A stretch of 63,352 nt of DNA, the filler included, from Sphacelaria rigidula (taxonomy: Eukaryota): assembly GCA_964200075.2 (NCBI GenBank). It is 11 parts of 11 records of this genome, joined end to end, with 100 filler letters (N's around TTAATTAATTAA, not from the genome) between each part and the next. Parts side by side here need not be neighbours in the genome. Positions count along the whole stretch, not along the records: positions 46,149 to 51,816 come from CAXNAA020025423.1; positions 51,917 to 57,584 come from CAXNAA020025424.1; positions 57,685 to 63,352 come from CAXNAA020025425.1; 8 more parts are not named here. One strand, given 5' to 3'. The notes beneath the pieces are model-generated. The model was given only the letters and a program-made list of their open reading frames with translations, was not told the origin of the DNA and made no database searches. Made by a program: the position numbers and the translations under genes. Of the stretch, positions 49,414 through 62,800 are shown piece by piece; the first letter of the stretch is position 1, and each line of letters opens with the position of its first letter.

Positions 49414-52237
49414 CTGCATGAATCATCATCGCCAAAAATATAAACCAATATAATAATGCGAAATCACATTAACTTCGAGTATGTACATACACACATGCAT
49501 ACATGTTTTGCAGGGGGCGAGGGTGGGTATGGTTTGTTGCTGTTTTCCGTGCATGTACCCTCTACTCCTGCGTTTGCCGGGAACACCGGGTTAGATTTTG
49601 TTGTTCATTACATTTTTTTTCTTCATATCCTCACTTTTCTCTTCTTGTTCAAACTCTCAAGGGAAGGATCAAGCATGCACATGTTATACATACAAAGGCT
49701 ACTCGCAAGAGCCACCAGACACTGCTCCAGTCGTACGGTGATTTTGATCAACCCTCCCCGTTTAACGGTGGTCATTCGGGGGACCCCCGTTCATGTCGAT
49801 GTCCCTACTCTCATGCCGAATATGCCACAGATCATTAGCTCGATCGATGGATTGATGGATTGCACATGATCTGATCCGCACCGATGACCCAGCCACGGTC
49901 ACGCGGTACCAAAGACACTAAAGATCATACCAACCGAAGTGGCACGTGCATCAGAGTGGTGAACACGCGTCGGCACGCAGTCCGTCGACGTAGACATTTA
50001 TTCAAGGGTCTGGCGAATGAATCATCGCTGGTTTGAATCGCGAAATTTACGATTTTCGACGCCTGATAGATCGAAAGAGAGGGGAAAAAACATTGATCGC
50101 GGATCATGAGAGTTTCTACACACATTTTGCGCAGGTCCATGTTCCCGGGGGGTGCGCGTGCCTGGGATTCCACTCTGACAATAATGTCGAAGCAGTGATT
50201 CGTACGGTACCAATCAACTACACTGAAAGCAATTGATCTTTAGACGAATCGAAAGTAATACTCGTCCCACCCTCAGATTTTTCGACGCGTAGCACCGAAA
50301 ATATTTCGAGTTATCGGGGGTTTGCCGCCGATCAGATCCCGAGGGCTACCGATCGTATCTGGAACTGCGGCCGTCAATTTGGCGCAAAAACGACCGCGGT
50401 GGCTCAGCGGGTCAGATCTTGTAGAGGGAAGAAGTGGGGAGTCTAGAGGGCGAACACGGAATCGCTGGAGAAGTAAATACCATAAAGCGTGTGGGGCAGT
50501 GCCCTAGATCCACAGCTTCTGGGCTCAGATGGATTTTGGATTACATGTAGTTGTAGATTGAGGACACGAGGACACGAGGACATGAAACACAATGTACATG
50601 AAGAAATACCTGCAATAAAAATGGAGAAATGGAGAAGAAGTACTTGTTCACTTTTTCATGTAGCATGATGGCAAGAGTACGTGTTGGGTGCATCACATCT
50701 CCTGTAGCCCCCCCTCCCCCCCCCCCCCCCCCGGTGAATAAACGTTTTCGAAAATAAACCGCGAACGCCCGCAGGAAATGAAGGCAAGAAGTGACGCAAA
50801 CCAACGCGTGCCTCTCGATCTTTTTCGCCCTCCGGGAGCCCCTCCGGAAGCTTCTCCTGCGAACCTCGGTGCTGCCGGAGGTGGCGGCGGTCGGAGGTAT
50901 GTTTCCCACTCCCGTGTGCATGTACGGCATAACTGTACGAGTACATTGGACCATGACACTAAAAATCGATATCTTTTGGGTGTTTTGCATTGATACTGTG
51001 GTAGGGACCCGTGAGGCGGCAGACAGTCGATAACACAGTCAAGGACGGGAATAAGCAAATTATTGTGGGAGGCGGGTATTGTATAGTGTTATAGCTCGTC
51101 ACACCTCCCCGTGTACACCCTCAGGGTGTTTTCTGCTGGCAACATTCAACCCCCCCAAGAACGTCCGCGATGTTGCCTTGTCTTGAGTCGGCATCACGTC
51201 AGACACCCAGAAAATGACTATCCACGACTACGTAGGGTCAACATCCACAATGAGCTGGATTACGTAGAAAGACGGGCCCGCGGGGGGCGGGGGGGGGGGG
51301 TCATGATCTTGCATGCCGTAGGCTGTAGCCATGAGACCATTGACTTGGCATCCCTACAAAGCCAGGACTGACCACGCCGGGATTTTGCCGGACCAAGCTC
51401 GCGATCACCTAGCGCGAAGCGCCGTGCTCTCTGTGTGTGTTGTGCGTGGGGAATTATATCTCCTCCTTCTCCCCCACTCCCTTTTGTTTTGATTCGCCAA
51501 ACTTTCTGCCCCTATACCGCCTAATTTCGATCCCACTAATATACTGGACTGAGAACTTGACGCAAAGTAGACACGCGAAATATTATCTAGAATTTGTTTT
51601 ATATCCATGATCGCCCATCCTACCTGTGCACATGGGTGACCTGGTGCGACTTGCCGAACATCCATTTTTGCTTGCCCGTCTGTCGGGTCGGTGCACACTT
51701 GATCTGCTCCATACATTCCAGTCAACGGACGCGAGAGGGATTGGGGGAGCGGGAGGGGGGATGTACTCATGATCATGCATGCCATAGTCATATGACCATT
51801 GACCTCGCATCCCTACNNNNNNNNNNNNNNNNNNNNNNNNNNNNNNNNNNNNNNNNNNNNTTAATTAATTAANNNNNNNNNNNNNNNNNNNNNNNNNNNN
51901 NNNNNNNNNNNNNNNNGAGATACCGCAGTCGGTGATAGATTACCATCTCCTCATAACTCTAAAACATCCCACACTACGAGGGCGGAACCGTTTGGCGAAA
52001 CGCACGTGGTCTAGTCGAGCTCATCTACGACGTAAGTTTTTCCCGGACATCTACGACAGCACAAGAGGCTCCCGACTTGAATTCCGTGACGGATGCAACT
52101 CTGAGTCAAGATCCACATTTTCCTCCTCTGTCAGAACGTTAAACGATGCACACGAGCCCACGTGGACGGCAGCTTGTTTACGCACCATCCGGTTATATGC
52201 TCAACTCCTTGTAAACGCCATGGTGCGCGATTTTCAG

Positions 52238-55200
52238 GACAAGCTGGAGAGGGCAGATAAGCTGGTGAACGGCTTGGCTGGCGAATTTGTCCGATGGCAA
52301 GCGTCCATAGGCACGTTCGAGTCCATGATCGAGCGCCTTGTGGGCGACTCTCTCATCGCCGCGGCGTTCCTATCCTACGCTGGTACTTTCGATACGGTTT
52401 ACAGGTACCCTCTGATCGTGCTGCTGAATATGATTTCGACCCTGGCATCACTCTGTTACACACGCTGATTTATGGAGAGCACACCTTGTCGTCATTGAAA
52501 AAGACTACGTGTATTCGGCGGAGCGCACGCTTCGCATACGCTTCCGCTGTTTGGAGGTTACATATTCGGTTGTACGCGAGTACTCGCCGTTTCGACCCAC
52601 ACACTGCACCTGCCGTTTCGATTCGAGGCAAAACGCGTATTCCACGTCCTTATTCGCGTGGATGGTCAGCATCCGTCATTGTTTTTTGTTTCGAAACTAC
52701 CGAATGATGATGCGCCGTACTCATATTCCATGCACAAAGTACCTCTACCCTCTCCAACACGATTTTAACCGTGCCAATTTCTCATGCCTCGCCGGCTTCA
52801 GGAATACCCTAGTGGCTGGCTGGATGCGTGACGTCACGGCACAGGAACTCCCCTCCACTGAGGGGTACAGCTTCACGGAATTCCTCGCAAAGCCTACCGA
52901 TGTCCGGGCATGGAACATACAGGTAAATACAGAGCCGAATTGAATGCAAGCAGAAGATCCAGTAGACCAGAGAAACATCCTCGGAGAACACGAACAGAGC
53001 GTCGCCTTCGAAGCTGAAGCTGCGATGTCAAAACAGTAAATCTTCAAGCCTGTGCCTTGGGTGTTACAGTGCGCATGGAGTCCATGACGAAATCTCGACA
53101 AACCTAGACTTCACGAAGCCGTACAAGGCCAAGCCAACATCAAACGTGCCGACAGTTCTTGAGTCACGTGAAGGCACGACATGATCCATGACACAATGAG
53201 CGGCGAAGTCCGGTGGCTCCTTTCCGCGTGACTTTCCGTAAACTAGCGTGTGCGAGTGAAGTCTCACACGCGATCTTGAACGCCCCGCCGATATGAGGAC
53301 CTCTGACGCGTCAGAGAGGTCTATCAGCTCGTGGCCTCGTCGTTGCCCGCCCACACATGTCTTCACGCCCTGAAGCGCTTCCCAATCAATAGCATACATC
53401 TAACTCTATGCTATTACTGGATTTTTCTCTGAACGCAGGGTCTCCCGAAAGACGATTTCAGCACTGAAAACGGGGTTATGGTGACGCGTGGAAGTCGGTG
53501 GCCGTTGATGATCGACCCCCAGGGACAGGCAAGGAATCTCCGTCCGTTCGCACGGGATACAAAAAGGCGGGATTCGAGCGAGTAATTTAATCCAATCAAT
53601 GAGGCTGTCACAAAAACTTCATCAGATTCACCTTCGTAGATCGCAATGAAGATGGCTTGGGGATAAGTCAAGGCGAACATTCGCCATTGCCTCCGACCGT
53701 AGTAAAATCGTGGAATCACGTGATTTTTGTTGTACCCATATTCTTCAACGCGCATACGAAATGTATCGAGTGATTTCTTGTGTCTGTGTCTGTAAATGTC
53801 TATGATTGGTTGAGCTAAATAGCTTCACTTTCAGCGCACTAGTGGCTCCAAAGACCGAAGGGTGGAATGACAGCCTTCTCCCACGCTGCGTGGACTTGCC
53901 CTGTACCATTTGCAGGCGAACAAGTGGATTAAAGCGATGGAGGGTAGCAACCTCAGCGTTGTAGACCTGAACACTAAGGACTTCCTTCGCCAGATGAGCA
54001 ATTGTATCCAGTATGGTCTACCTTGTCTTCTGCAGGTAACGCTATGCGCAATAGAGTCGCCATCATTATTGCCTCCGATACATATCAGGATTGAAAGGAG
54101 ATCATATATCAAATGCCATACCTTACCTAGGTGGCCCTGTGCAAGGTGCCTAAGGTCTTACAGGTTCGCCTTGAAATACGGTGCAGAAAGCATGCAATCC
54201 AGTTTGACAAGCTGGGCAACTCGTAGGTAAGATGTACTGTTCCCAGTGATCCACTATCCCGCTGTTTGTCGTATTATCAATCTCCTCTTTGCCTTTCCTC
54301 AAGTCTCATTTAGCTGGGTGGTCTGTTCGTACATCATATACCTGAATAAAGTTCCCTTTGACTTGACTCAATCAACATTGCTCCTGCGGTACAGAAGCAA
54401 ATCGGTTGATGCGTTGAAGGTGATCAATAACTTTTTGGCGAGTAATATGAAAAAAAAAAAACATGAAAAAAAACCTTCGCGGATCTTGAGTTTTCTTTCT
54501 ACCCCTGCAGGTGGTTTTACTACTTAGAACAGTGATCGAAGCACCCAGCCGTCCAAGGAGGTTTATGACGACTCGATATTCACTTGTAATTCAAATCTTA
54601 CGCAAAATGAGGTACCTCCAAACCGTACCATTTTGTGTTCAACCCCCCCACCCACCAACGTTTCGCTGTTCTCGCCCACTTGCGCGGGTAGGATGTCCTT
54701 GAAGACCTTGATCCGTCAATCGAGCCCGTACTGTCAAAGGCCATCATCAAGCAGGGGAATCGGGAGGTGGTCCGATTGGGTGACAAAGAACTGGATTGGT
54801 CCCACGACTTCCGTCTGTACATTACCACCAAACTGGGCAACCCACACTACACTCCCGAGGTGTGAGAAAAGCAGAATTCGATACAGTGATTTCGACAGCT
54901 GTATCTAGGGTAGGTATTAGGCCGTGTGAATGATAGCACCCCCACGTTCCCCATCTCCCCACCTCTGCAAGGATATCTAGTGGTCAGAGTCACTGCCGCG
55001 TTTTGTGGTGTTGCGTTACTTCAGTGTGTCATATTATTACTAGAAATGGCAATTTTTACTGCAACCGGGGACGAAAATTGGTGGAGCAACATCCCCAGGC
55101 GAGAACCTACCTTGGTCATGTCAAACGAGTGGCCATTCGCGCACGCTACTGTACACCATCGAACAACGAGGCACAGACGCAGTCCATGACAACAAGAATG

Positions 55201-56816
55201 CCACGCGATATGTCTCTTGTCTGGTGGCTAGCTACGAAATGTCATTTGACGGGTGTTGCCCAACCTGCTCTTTGACTCGGGTGACAAATGTTACTCTAGT
55301 GTACAAAATATGAAGACGAAACAACTTCGTGTAGCATCCGACAGCACGATCTTTGCGCGATCAACTGTGGGTGCCGTCCATCCCGCTTTACAGCGTTGGC
55401 GGCGTGACCCTTATCGGATATAGGTGATTTTTTGTGTTCCAAGGACGTATGTTCCCGTGCGTAACGCCATGTCATTGCAGGTGTCGACAAAAACCACCGT
55501 GGTCAACTTCAGCGTGAAGCAACTCGGTTTGGAGGCACAGCTACTGGGTATCGTGGTGCAAAGGGAGCAACCGTCGTTGGAAGAGCAATCCTCGGAACTC
55601 ACACTCAAGGCTCGTTTCGTCTATATATGCTACGAGATTACGTGTAAATCGGACGGCCGATAAACAAATCAAAGCACGATGAGTACTACGCGTAGTGCGT
55701 GTGGGCAATGCTCACTGACGTAGATACCTCAATATGCGTCGGACTCACGGGAAACGTACGCTCGTGGGAGTCGAGGAAAAAAGCACGCACACCAAAGTTT
55801 TTTGCGGTCGCCGCAGGTTGTCCGTTCATATAGGTTGGGAAGTGGGAAACCTGCTGAATGTCAAGGACACAGCACTCCTCGGCCCGAGCTTTGGTATGTC
55901 TGTCAAAACGTTTGAAAGCCTTCCTTTGAACTTCAGACTGTTATCAAAACTATAGTATATCAGGGTCTAGACCATGCCGTCGATTTTTTCTCGTACGTGC
56001 ACCAACGTCCATGGAGTGGCACATGTTGATCAAACGTCATGGTAACCCACCTTGGAATTCGTGATACTCGCATTATAAGCAATATTTTGTGATTAGAATT
56101 TCCAGGCGAATCCAGCAATCATGGTCCACCTTGATATCCACTCGTGCTACGGTCACAGGTGGCAACGGGTAAGACGAAAATCGCGGATCTAGAAGACGAG
56201 ATCCTTCGGCTACTGTCAGAATCTACGGGGTCTCTCCTGGACGACATGAATCTGGTCAACACCCTGCAAGACTCGAAGACCATCTCGGAGGACGTCACCC
56301 AACAGCTTCAGGTGCGACTATTGGTTATCGATTTTGTTTGACCTCCCTCTAATTTTGGTTATTCATCCAGACTATATTGGATCGGACGCGAGTGCGCGGT
56401 TCTATCATTTCGCGTACTAATAAAACAGGGTTACAACATATTCGAATCAACAGCACTCCGTTCACCGCTTGAACACTTTGTAGAGGGGGTTTGAACCCAC
56501 CACGAGAATATATGGGCGTCGCGTAGATGAACAAAATAGCAACAACCGGGTACTGATCTCAGTGTAGGTTAAATTTTGAGCTTGCGCCGTCGCAGCTGGG
56601 CCAGAAATACACAGGATAGCCATGGATACACAGTAAGTGAATGCGGCATGTCCTCTTCTCTTTTACGTCGCCTTCGATTGCGGAATCATTCAGATTGCGG
56701 AAGAAACGGCGGTGAAAATCGACGCCGCAAGGGAAGGCTACCGGTCTGCGGCCATCCGAGCGAGTGTCGTCTACTTCGTCCTGGATGATCTCGCCAGGGT
56801 TGATCCCATGTATCAG
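52238..56816 (+). CDS. DNAH2: Axonemal inner-arm dynein heavy chain (DNAH2 / I1-beta-like), stalk-AAA5 region; exons 52238-52404, 52802-52922, 53439-53528, 53916-54035, 54692-54859, 55481-55609, 56159-56311, 56694-56816
   Basis: The exons splice in frame to [18 protein letters not shown]...AAFLSYAG...[40 protein letters not shown]...[27 protein letters not shown]...LEDEILRLL...DPMYQ. The dynein call is secure; the paralogue assignment comes from recalled similarity. Confidence 0.92.
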
Positions 56817-57154
56817 GTGGGTTCTCGCGCTAATGTTGTTGTGCGCCCCTAACGAAATACACGGTGGGATGATCTCGTGTAAAGTGTGGTAGCATGAACG
56901 AACACTAAGCGCACCTACATCCTAGCTGTATCTTTCCACCCGTGTTGCTCTCCACGGGCCCAACCCCTGCTCGGTGAGGCACCCAATTCGAGAATAGCCA
57001 ATGCCTTGATGGGCAATATCGTCGAATGATTCGGCAGATATTTCCTTTCAATTGCTCGTTCAGGGCGGGGTTGTCCCTTTCGAAACCGTTTTCTTGCTGT
57101 CTCTCGCAAATATTCGTTGTGCTCTAATCCCCTCCACCCCCCCCTCCGGTGACG

Positions 57155-57584
57155 CACCCATGAGGCAGTGTATGAGCCGTGGCTGTCTCTGGAAGTGGCG
57201 ATACCAGAAAATAAAGCAACTGAACTCATTGGAGGCTGTCATCCAAATGCAAGATAATCAGTACGCTTCGGGCCGAACTATCTTAGCAGGATACAGCTCA
57301 CCATTCACGTGACTCGCCAAGCACACCACGGCGCTTCGCGCTTGGTGGTTTGAGTGCGAGTCCGGCGAGAACCCGGCGTGCTCCGTTCCGGCTTCGTAGG
57401 GATGCGAGGTCAATGGTCTTAGGACTATGGCATGCATGAGCATGAGTACACCCCCCGCCCCCCCTCGCCCTCGCCACCCATGAGGCAGTGTAAACGCCGT
57501 GGCTGTCTCTGGAAGTGGCGATACCACAGAATAAAGCATCTCATTGTTGGCTGTCATCCAAATGCGAGATAATAAGTAGGCTTC
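57155..57584 (+). repeat. Head-to-tail tandem of R300 (57155-57455 complete, 57476-57584 partial); further copies 5605-5669, 17140-17207, 23077-23150, 27050-27155, 51290-51405, 51755-51816, 57685-57920
   Basis: Shared blocks CACCCATGAGGCAGTGTA, GGCTGTCTCTGGAAGTGGCGATACC, GCAGGATGCAGCTCACCC and GTAGGGATGCGAGGTCAATGGTC. Confidence 0.9.
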
Positions 57585-57999
57585 NNNNNNNNNNNNNNNN
57601 NNNNNNNNNNNNNNNNNNNNNNNNNNNNTTAATTAATTAANNNNNNNNNNNNNNNNNNNNNNNNNNNNNNNNNNNNNNNNNNNNAAAGCAACTCATTGTA
57701 GGCTGTCACCCAAATGCAAGATAATCAGTAGGCTTCGGGCCGAAAAATCTTAGCAGGATGCAGCTCACCCTTCATACGACTCACCGAATACACCACGGCG
57801 CTGCATGCTTGGTGACTGATTGCGAGCCTGGTCCGGCGAGAACCCGCCGTGCTCCGTCCCGGCTTGGTAGGGATGCGATGTCAATGACTATGGCATGCAA
57901 AGTCATGACTACCCCCCCCCCTCTCCATCTACGATCTATCCGTTCGGGCGGAGGGAGGACGGGGTTAAAACCAAAGTTTTTATCATTATTATTCGTCCC

Positions 58000-58312
58000 A
58001 CTTTCAACCCCTCGTCTCCCTCGGGGGAATTCCGTGGTCTCCGGGGATCAATCCATCTCGTCCCCGGCACATGCCTCACATTTTGGTGTCGCGGATTGGA
58101 TCATGACCAGCGTTCTTCCTGTACCACGTGGACTATTATAACGTCAACGAGTGAACGTTATCTACTTGGGACGTCCTCAAGTTCTCAATGACGAAAGTCA
58201 TGACCCGTTTTTTTTTTTCAGAAATAAACTCGATTGCATCTGGGGGAAGTCGAACCCGCGTTCTTCCGTCTTATTCCCGCAAGGAGGTTCGTGTGCCGAT
58301 CGCCCGGAGGCT
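58000..58312 (-). mobile_element. SINE-like element with a family-B 3' tail but a different body and head
   Basis: 58000-58100 matches the family B tail; a B-box-like GGGTTCGACTTCCCC lies at 58243-58257 on the minus strand. Confidence 0.5.
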
Positions 58313-60562
58313 CGGCTAGATTGCCTCACGGCAGTCATGTTGGGGTAGGCGCCTCGAGCGATCAAAAATATTTGCTCAAGGCTGTGTGAGGGTTGAACCA
58401 ATCCAAAACCCTTGTCAACTTGGCGCAGTGCACGCGCCGCTCTACCCTCAAGAGCTTCGGCCCTAGTTTCTTCCGTCTTGAGGTGGTGTCATTTGAACCA
58501 ATTAGCAGTGCACTGGGGCGCGAAGTAGATTGTTTCAGTTGCTTTATTATTTCGGTCAACGGTTGTTATCTATACAAGTCGGATCTTGATCCATTGAGCA
58601 AATGTTCACTACAGTGGTTATTTTTACACCCTGGACAATACAATATGTAGTACACATTGCCCGCTCAACATGTCGACAAGTCGGGTGATAAATATATATA
58701 TATATATATATATATTGGGCGAACAATATGATGGCACGAGAGACAGGTCAATATATATATATATATATATACACATATATATATTGTGTCATCAATTTGT
58801 CGAGGCTCGCGACATGCAATATATATCGGCCGAACAAAATACCGCGACACGCAATATATATTGAACGAACAATACGCGAGGGAATCGACCGTCACAATAC
58901 ATGTTAGTGTAGCAATATATATATATATATATTGACGATTCAATATGTATATTGGAAAGTAAAAATGAATTAGTATGGCGGGCAGTTTACGTTCGCGGGC
59001 GCTATTGAAAGATGTATCACCAGATGTCGAAAACGCTAAGTATATTCCTCCGCGAGCCTGTCAAATACATGTTGGCGACCCAAAAGCTATTCGATGGGCG
59101 TGCGCAATACATACTGGAAAAATAATACTTTCGCATGGTTTATGTTCAATATAATCATGGCGACAATATGTTACGCATTGCTTCGACTCAATATATATAT
59201 ATATAATATATATTGACATTCCAATACATACACGGCCGGCATGCACAATATACATGTAGAGTGTTTTGTTCCCGGAGTATATGCATGCCCAATATATGTT
59301 GTCATGCAGTACTTCACGATCATGACACGAGAAATATGTGTTGTTGCTTCAATGTCTCCGAAGACATCTCAACACAATATATACACTGAAAGGACAATAT
59401 TTGTCCTGTCTCCAATAAGGTATTGAAGTTTTGGTATCGTATTGGAACGTATTGTATTGTCCAGGGTATAAGCAACACAGCTCCGGTGACCAGAGGGGTA
59501 CCAAAAGACGCGTACAGACCCACGTTTTTTTGCCTTCGTACAGTTTAGCCAAGATATGTCACATACTGTGATAGAGATTAGCGGCACCGCACCGGTGGCC
59601 AGATGAATATCGAAAGGCATATATACCGGGTCGCCTCTTCTGTCACCACATTCTCCGGCCAAAATACATTTATCAAATTCATTCGATCACTTTGCCTAGC
59701 AATGTACGCGATCTTCTGCGACTTCCTGCCAAGCTCTTCCCAATCTGCATGGGCTCCGGCATCCATCGCGTCCAGATCCTTTTCAAAGCGTACACCATAC
59801 TTAAAATGTCGCATGACCTTCGAGGTTGGCGGGACCTTGCAGAGCCGATGTCCCTGCAGGACCGCAATGTTGGCGATTCCCGCCTTGATAGCCTCCGGTA
59901 CACGGGTTGCGGCAAGACGGCACGGTCAGTGTGCCTCGACCCCTGCGAGAGCCCATAACTGCTCACATCGTCTGACCTTGTCGAACGACCACCCTACTCG
60001 GCACTAGCGGTCGATCGACCAGCTTGACTAAAAAATGCGCCATTTTCTAACGTTTTTGACTGTCTATTTTTTACGCAAACGGTTGCCTTGTTTTTCGTCA
60101 TGCGGCGAAGGGAGAGGGGTTAGTGGGTGGTCTATAGGGGGCAGAGAACCACAGATACGCGTTTTCCCATGAACAGCTGAGAGTCACAGAGGTATGTTTT
60201 CCCGTGTGCAGCTGGCAGCCATTCTCTACTTCAGCCATATTTAACAGTAATCTACGGTAAAAATACGGGAACTTCGAGTTTGAAATATCTCCAACGTTCG
60301 TGGTTTGTTTGCTGGCCCTGGGTCACGGCATATTTTTCAAGTAAATAATGATTTCGATTTATACGGCAACATGACCTCACGGCCAAAGGATCAGGTAGCT
60401 ACTCGTGTTAATGACGAATCGGATCACTTTCTCTAGAAAAATTACTCTCGAATTTCCCGAAGGAACGACGAAACACTGTCGCCTACTTTTTTTTTTCTCG
60501 TAATGATTCGAAATGACTCTGGTATAAGCACCCTGCACGCCAACGAATCATTGAAATATTCA

Positions 60563-61044
60563 CGAGCTGGGCCAGCCTAAACACGGATTGAAGCTTTCAA
60601 AGCAATATCTCATCGACACGGACGAGTGGGCCCCAGCCACGGCCCACACAAAGTTTCAATATACAAACACCAAACGTGGGCCATTAGGTGGTCTGTAAAA
60701 TGCTGTTTCGAATTTATTCTGACCCCGTCACTAAACGGCCCATTAACCGGCCAATATTCAGAGTTGGGCCTTGAAATTTGGTATGGACAATGAGTAGGGC
60801 ATAATGAAAACAAAAACCAGTTCACATTTTTTTTTTTTTTAATGAGTTTAGGGCAATAATTAGTTTTTAGGGATCAGTACAATGCCCTTCACTCATGGGA
60901 GAAACAAGAACCCTTGTGTGCACTGTCATTTGTTTTTAATATGCCCTATTCACTGTCCATACAAAATTTTAGGGACCAACTCCAAATATTGGTCAGTTAA
61001 TGGGCCTGCGAACTACAAATTCGCTTCTCGGCTGGCCCAGCTCG
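60563..61044. mobile_element. Mariner-like MITE (CGAGCTGGGCCAGCC TIRs) with an internal ~85-bp inverted repeat
   Basis: Perfect 15-bp TIRs, flanks ca/ta; inner arms 60737-60825 / 60917-61006; related TIR at ~16427. Confidence 0.75.
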
Positions 61045-62299
61045 TACTTACGTGTTGAATTACTCTGAGGGATTCGTCGGGCGGCATGACTCTCAGGACG
61101 CAGCAGAGAATAATACAGTACTTGAATTATATGATTCGGTGGAATACATACTCGACATGGATGCGCCCACCCAATTCATACTGGGTGGGTGATGTGTTCA
61201 AACACACGCTACCCCAATATACAGTAGTGGGCGCCTTAACTGTTCAAGTTCGTTTTGGGGGTTCTCTCGCGTACTACTCTTCAATATGAATCGAAAGTGC
61301 TAGCGTCGATAGATCGTCCTTGAAACACAGTGCCCAAGTCAGTCTTGGTGTTATCGGGCGATACGAGTAGATACCCCGTTCATCAGGAGGGTGTTATTGA
61401 CTGTGACACGCAGTTTTTCGGCTCTATTGCAATGTGTAGGTGTAAAAATAAAGCTGAAGATTTCTTCACAGATACGATTGGGACAGGCTCGATCGACCAA
61501 AAATACCGAAGAGTCAGAATCTGGACGGAAACGTGGCAGGACCCCCAATGACTTGTCAGCCCGTAAGTCGCTCTATATTTAGTACAGATAATTTTTCTTC
61601 TTGGAATGTGGAGCGGATATAAGTATTTTCACATCCCCAATGTGAGGAGTGGTATCAAGCGCGAAAAAGCCTCAGAAAATCGCCAATTACAACAAAGTTA
61701 CAAAATGAACAGTTCAGGCGCACACTCCTGTATGTATATATGTACCGATATCCTGACCGGGCAATATATTCGCACCCATACGGCCCCAATATATCTTGAA
61801 CGGCCAACTTATGGCACCCACGCGGCCTCAATATGTATTGACCGGTCATATTTTCTCACAAAAAAAAAAAAAAGGAGAAAACGGTGGGGAGCTTCGGCCT
61901 GGGAGAACCCGACCAGAGCGCACACACATACCAATAGTTGTTGGCTGGCGTCCGGAATAGATGGGACGATAACACGACAACTCAATGCGAACCTAATATA
62001 TATTGGTCGTGCAATATTTCTTAGCCCACACTGACTCAATATATATATTGATGGGACAATATGTTTGCATCCCGCGGTACCAAGCTGGGTAATAAGTTTG
62101 CAGTCCCACGACACCAATATATATACATATATATATGTACATGTATCATTTAACCTTTTTTACCACTTTTGCCGAGTTTTCTCTGGCGGCAAGGCATCTC
62201 ATCACGCGCTTTCTTTTGCAGTGCACGAAGAAGGCGTAGCGGTACATTATCGTTCAGGTTTGGGTGTCTTCTGATACCTTTGGCGCGTGTTCTGGCCAT

Positions 62300-62800
62300 C
62301 GAAAGTCGCCCGCACTGGCTCTTTTTCGCGGGGTGTTGATCCCGGACCACAAAAGCCTTCCCAAGTTCATGAAACACTTCGAGCAGCAGGATGATGGTTG
62401 GCGGGGTGTTTCCCCCCCGTGTTTCTCTTCGTCGGGTTCTCGTTCATTTGGGAGCACGAGTACACCGCTCATGCTGCCAATGTCACGAGAACACGATAGC
62501 AATGCAGTTGGAAACAACTGATTACCTTGGCCTTGGTCAGCAGCAAACACTAGACCGTGCGGTGAGACAGTTGAACAAGGCACACACGTGGGCAAACGTC
62601 GCCACTGTGGGTCAACTGTGTAAAACCAGCAAAACGGGGTGCCGAAATCCCTGTGATCATGCAACCCGTAGGATGCACCTGTGGAGTACTGGCGCAGGGA
62701 TATCCTTGTGACAGGGTTGACAGGTTTGTCCTTGTGACAGGGATGGCAAGGAGAATCATACGAGTACGCACCGCGTGTATCTTTCGACGGCTTAGTACTG
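62300..62800 (+). pseudogene. Possible decayed Mutator-like/SWIM transposase segment
   Basis: GCTCGVLAQGYPC resembles SWIM CxC...PCxH but the His is missing; the region is frameshifted. Confidence 0.3.

Noticed and set aside
49740..50540. GATC-rich tract suggesting Dam-site clustering
   Set aside because: Eukaryotic context; more simply a degenerate repeat, with no supporting genes.
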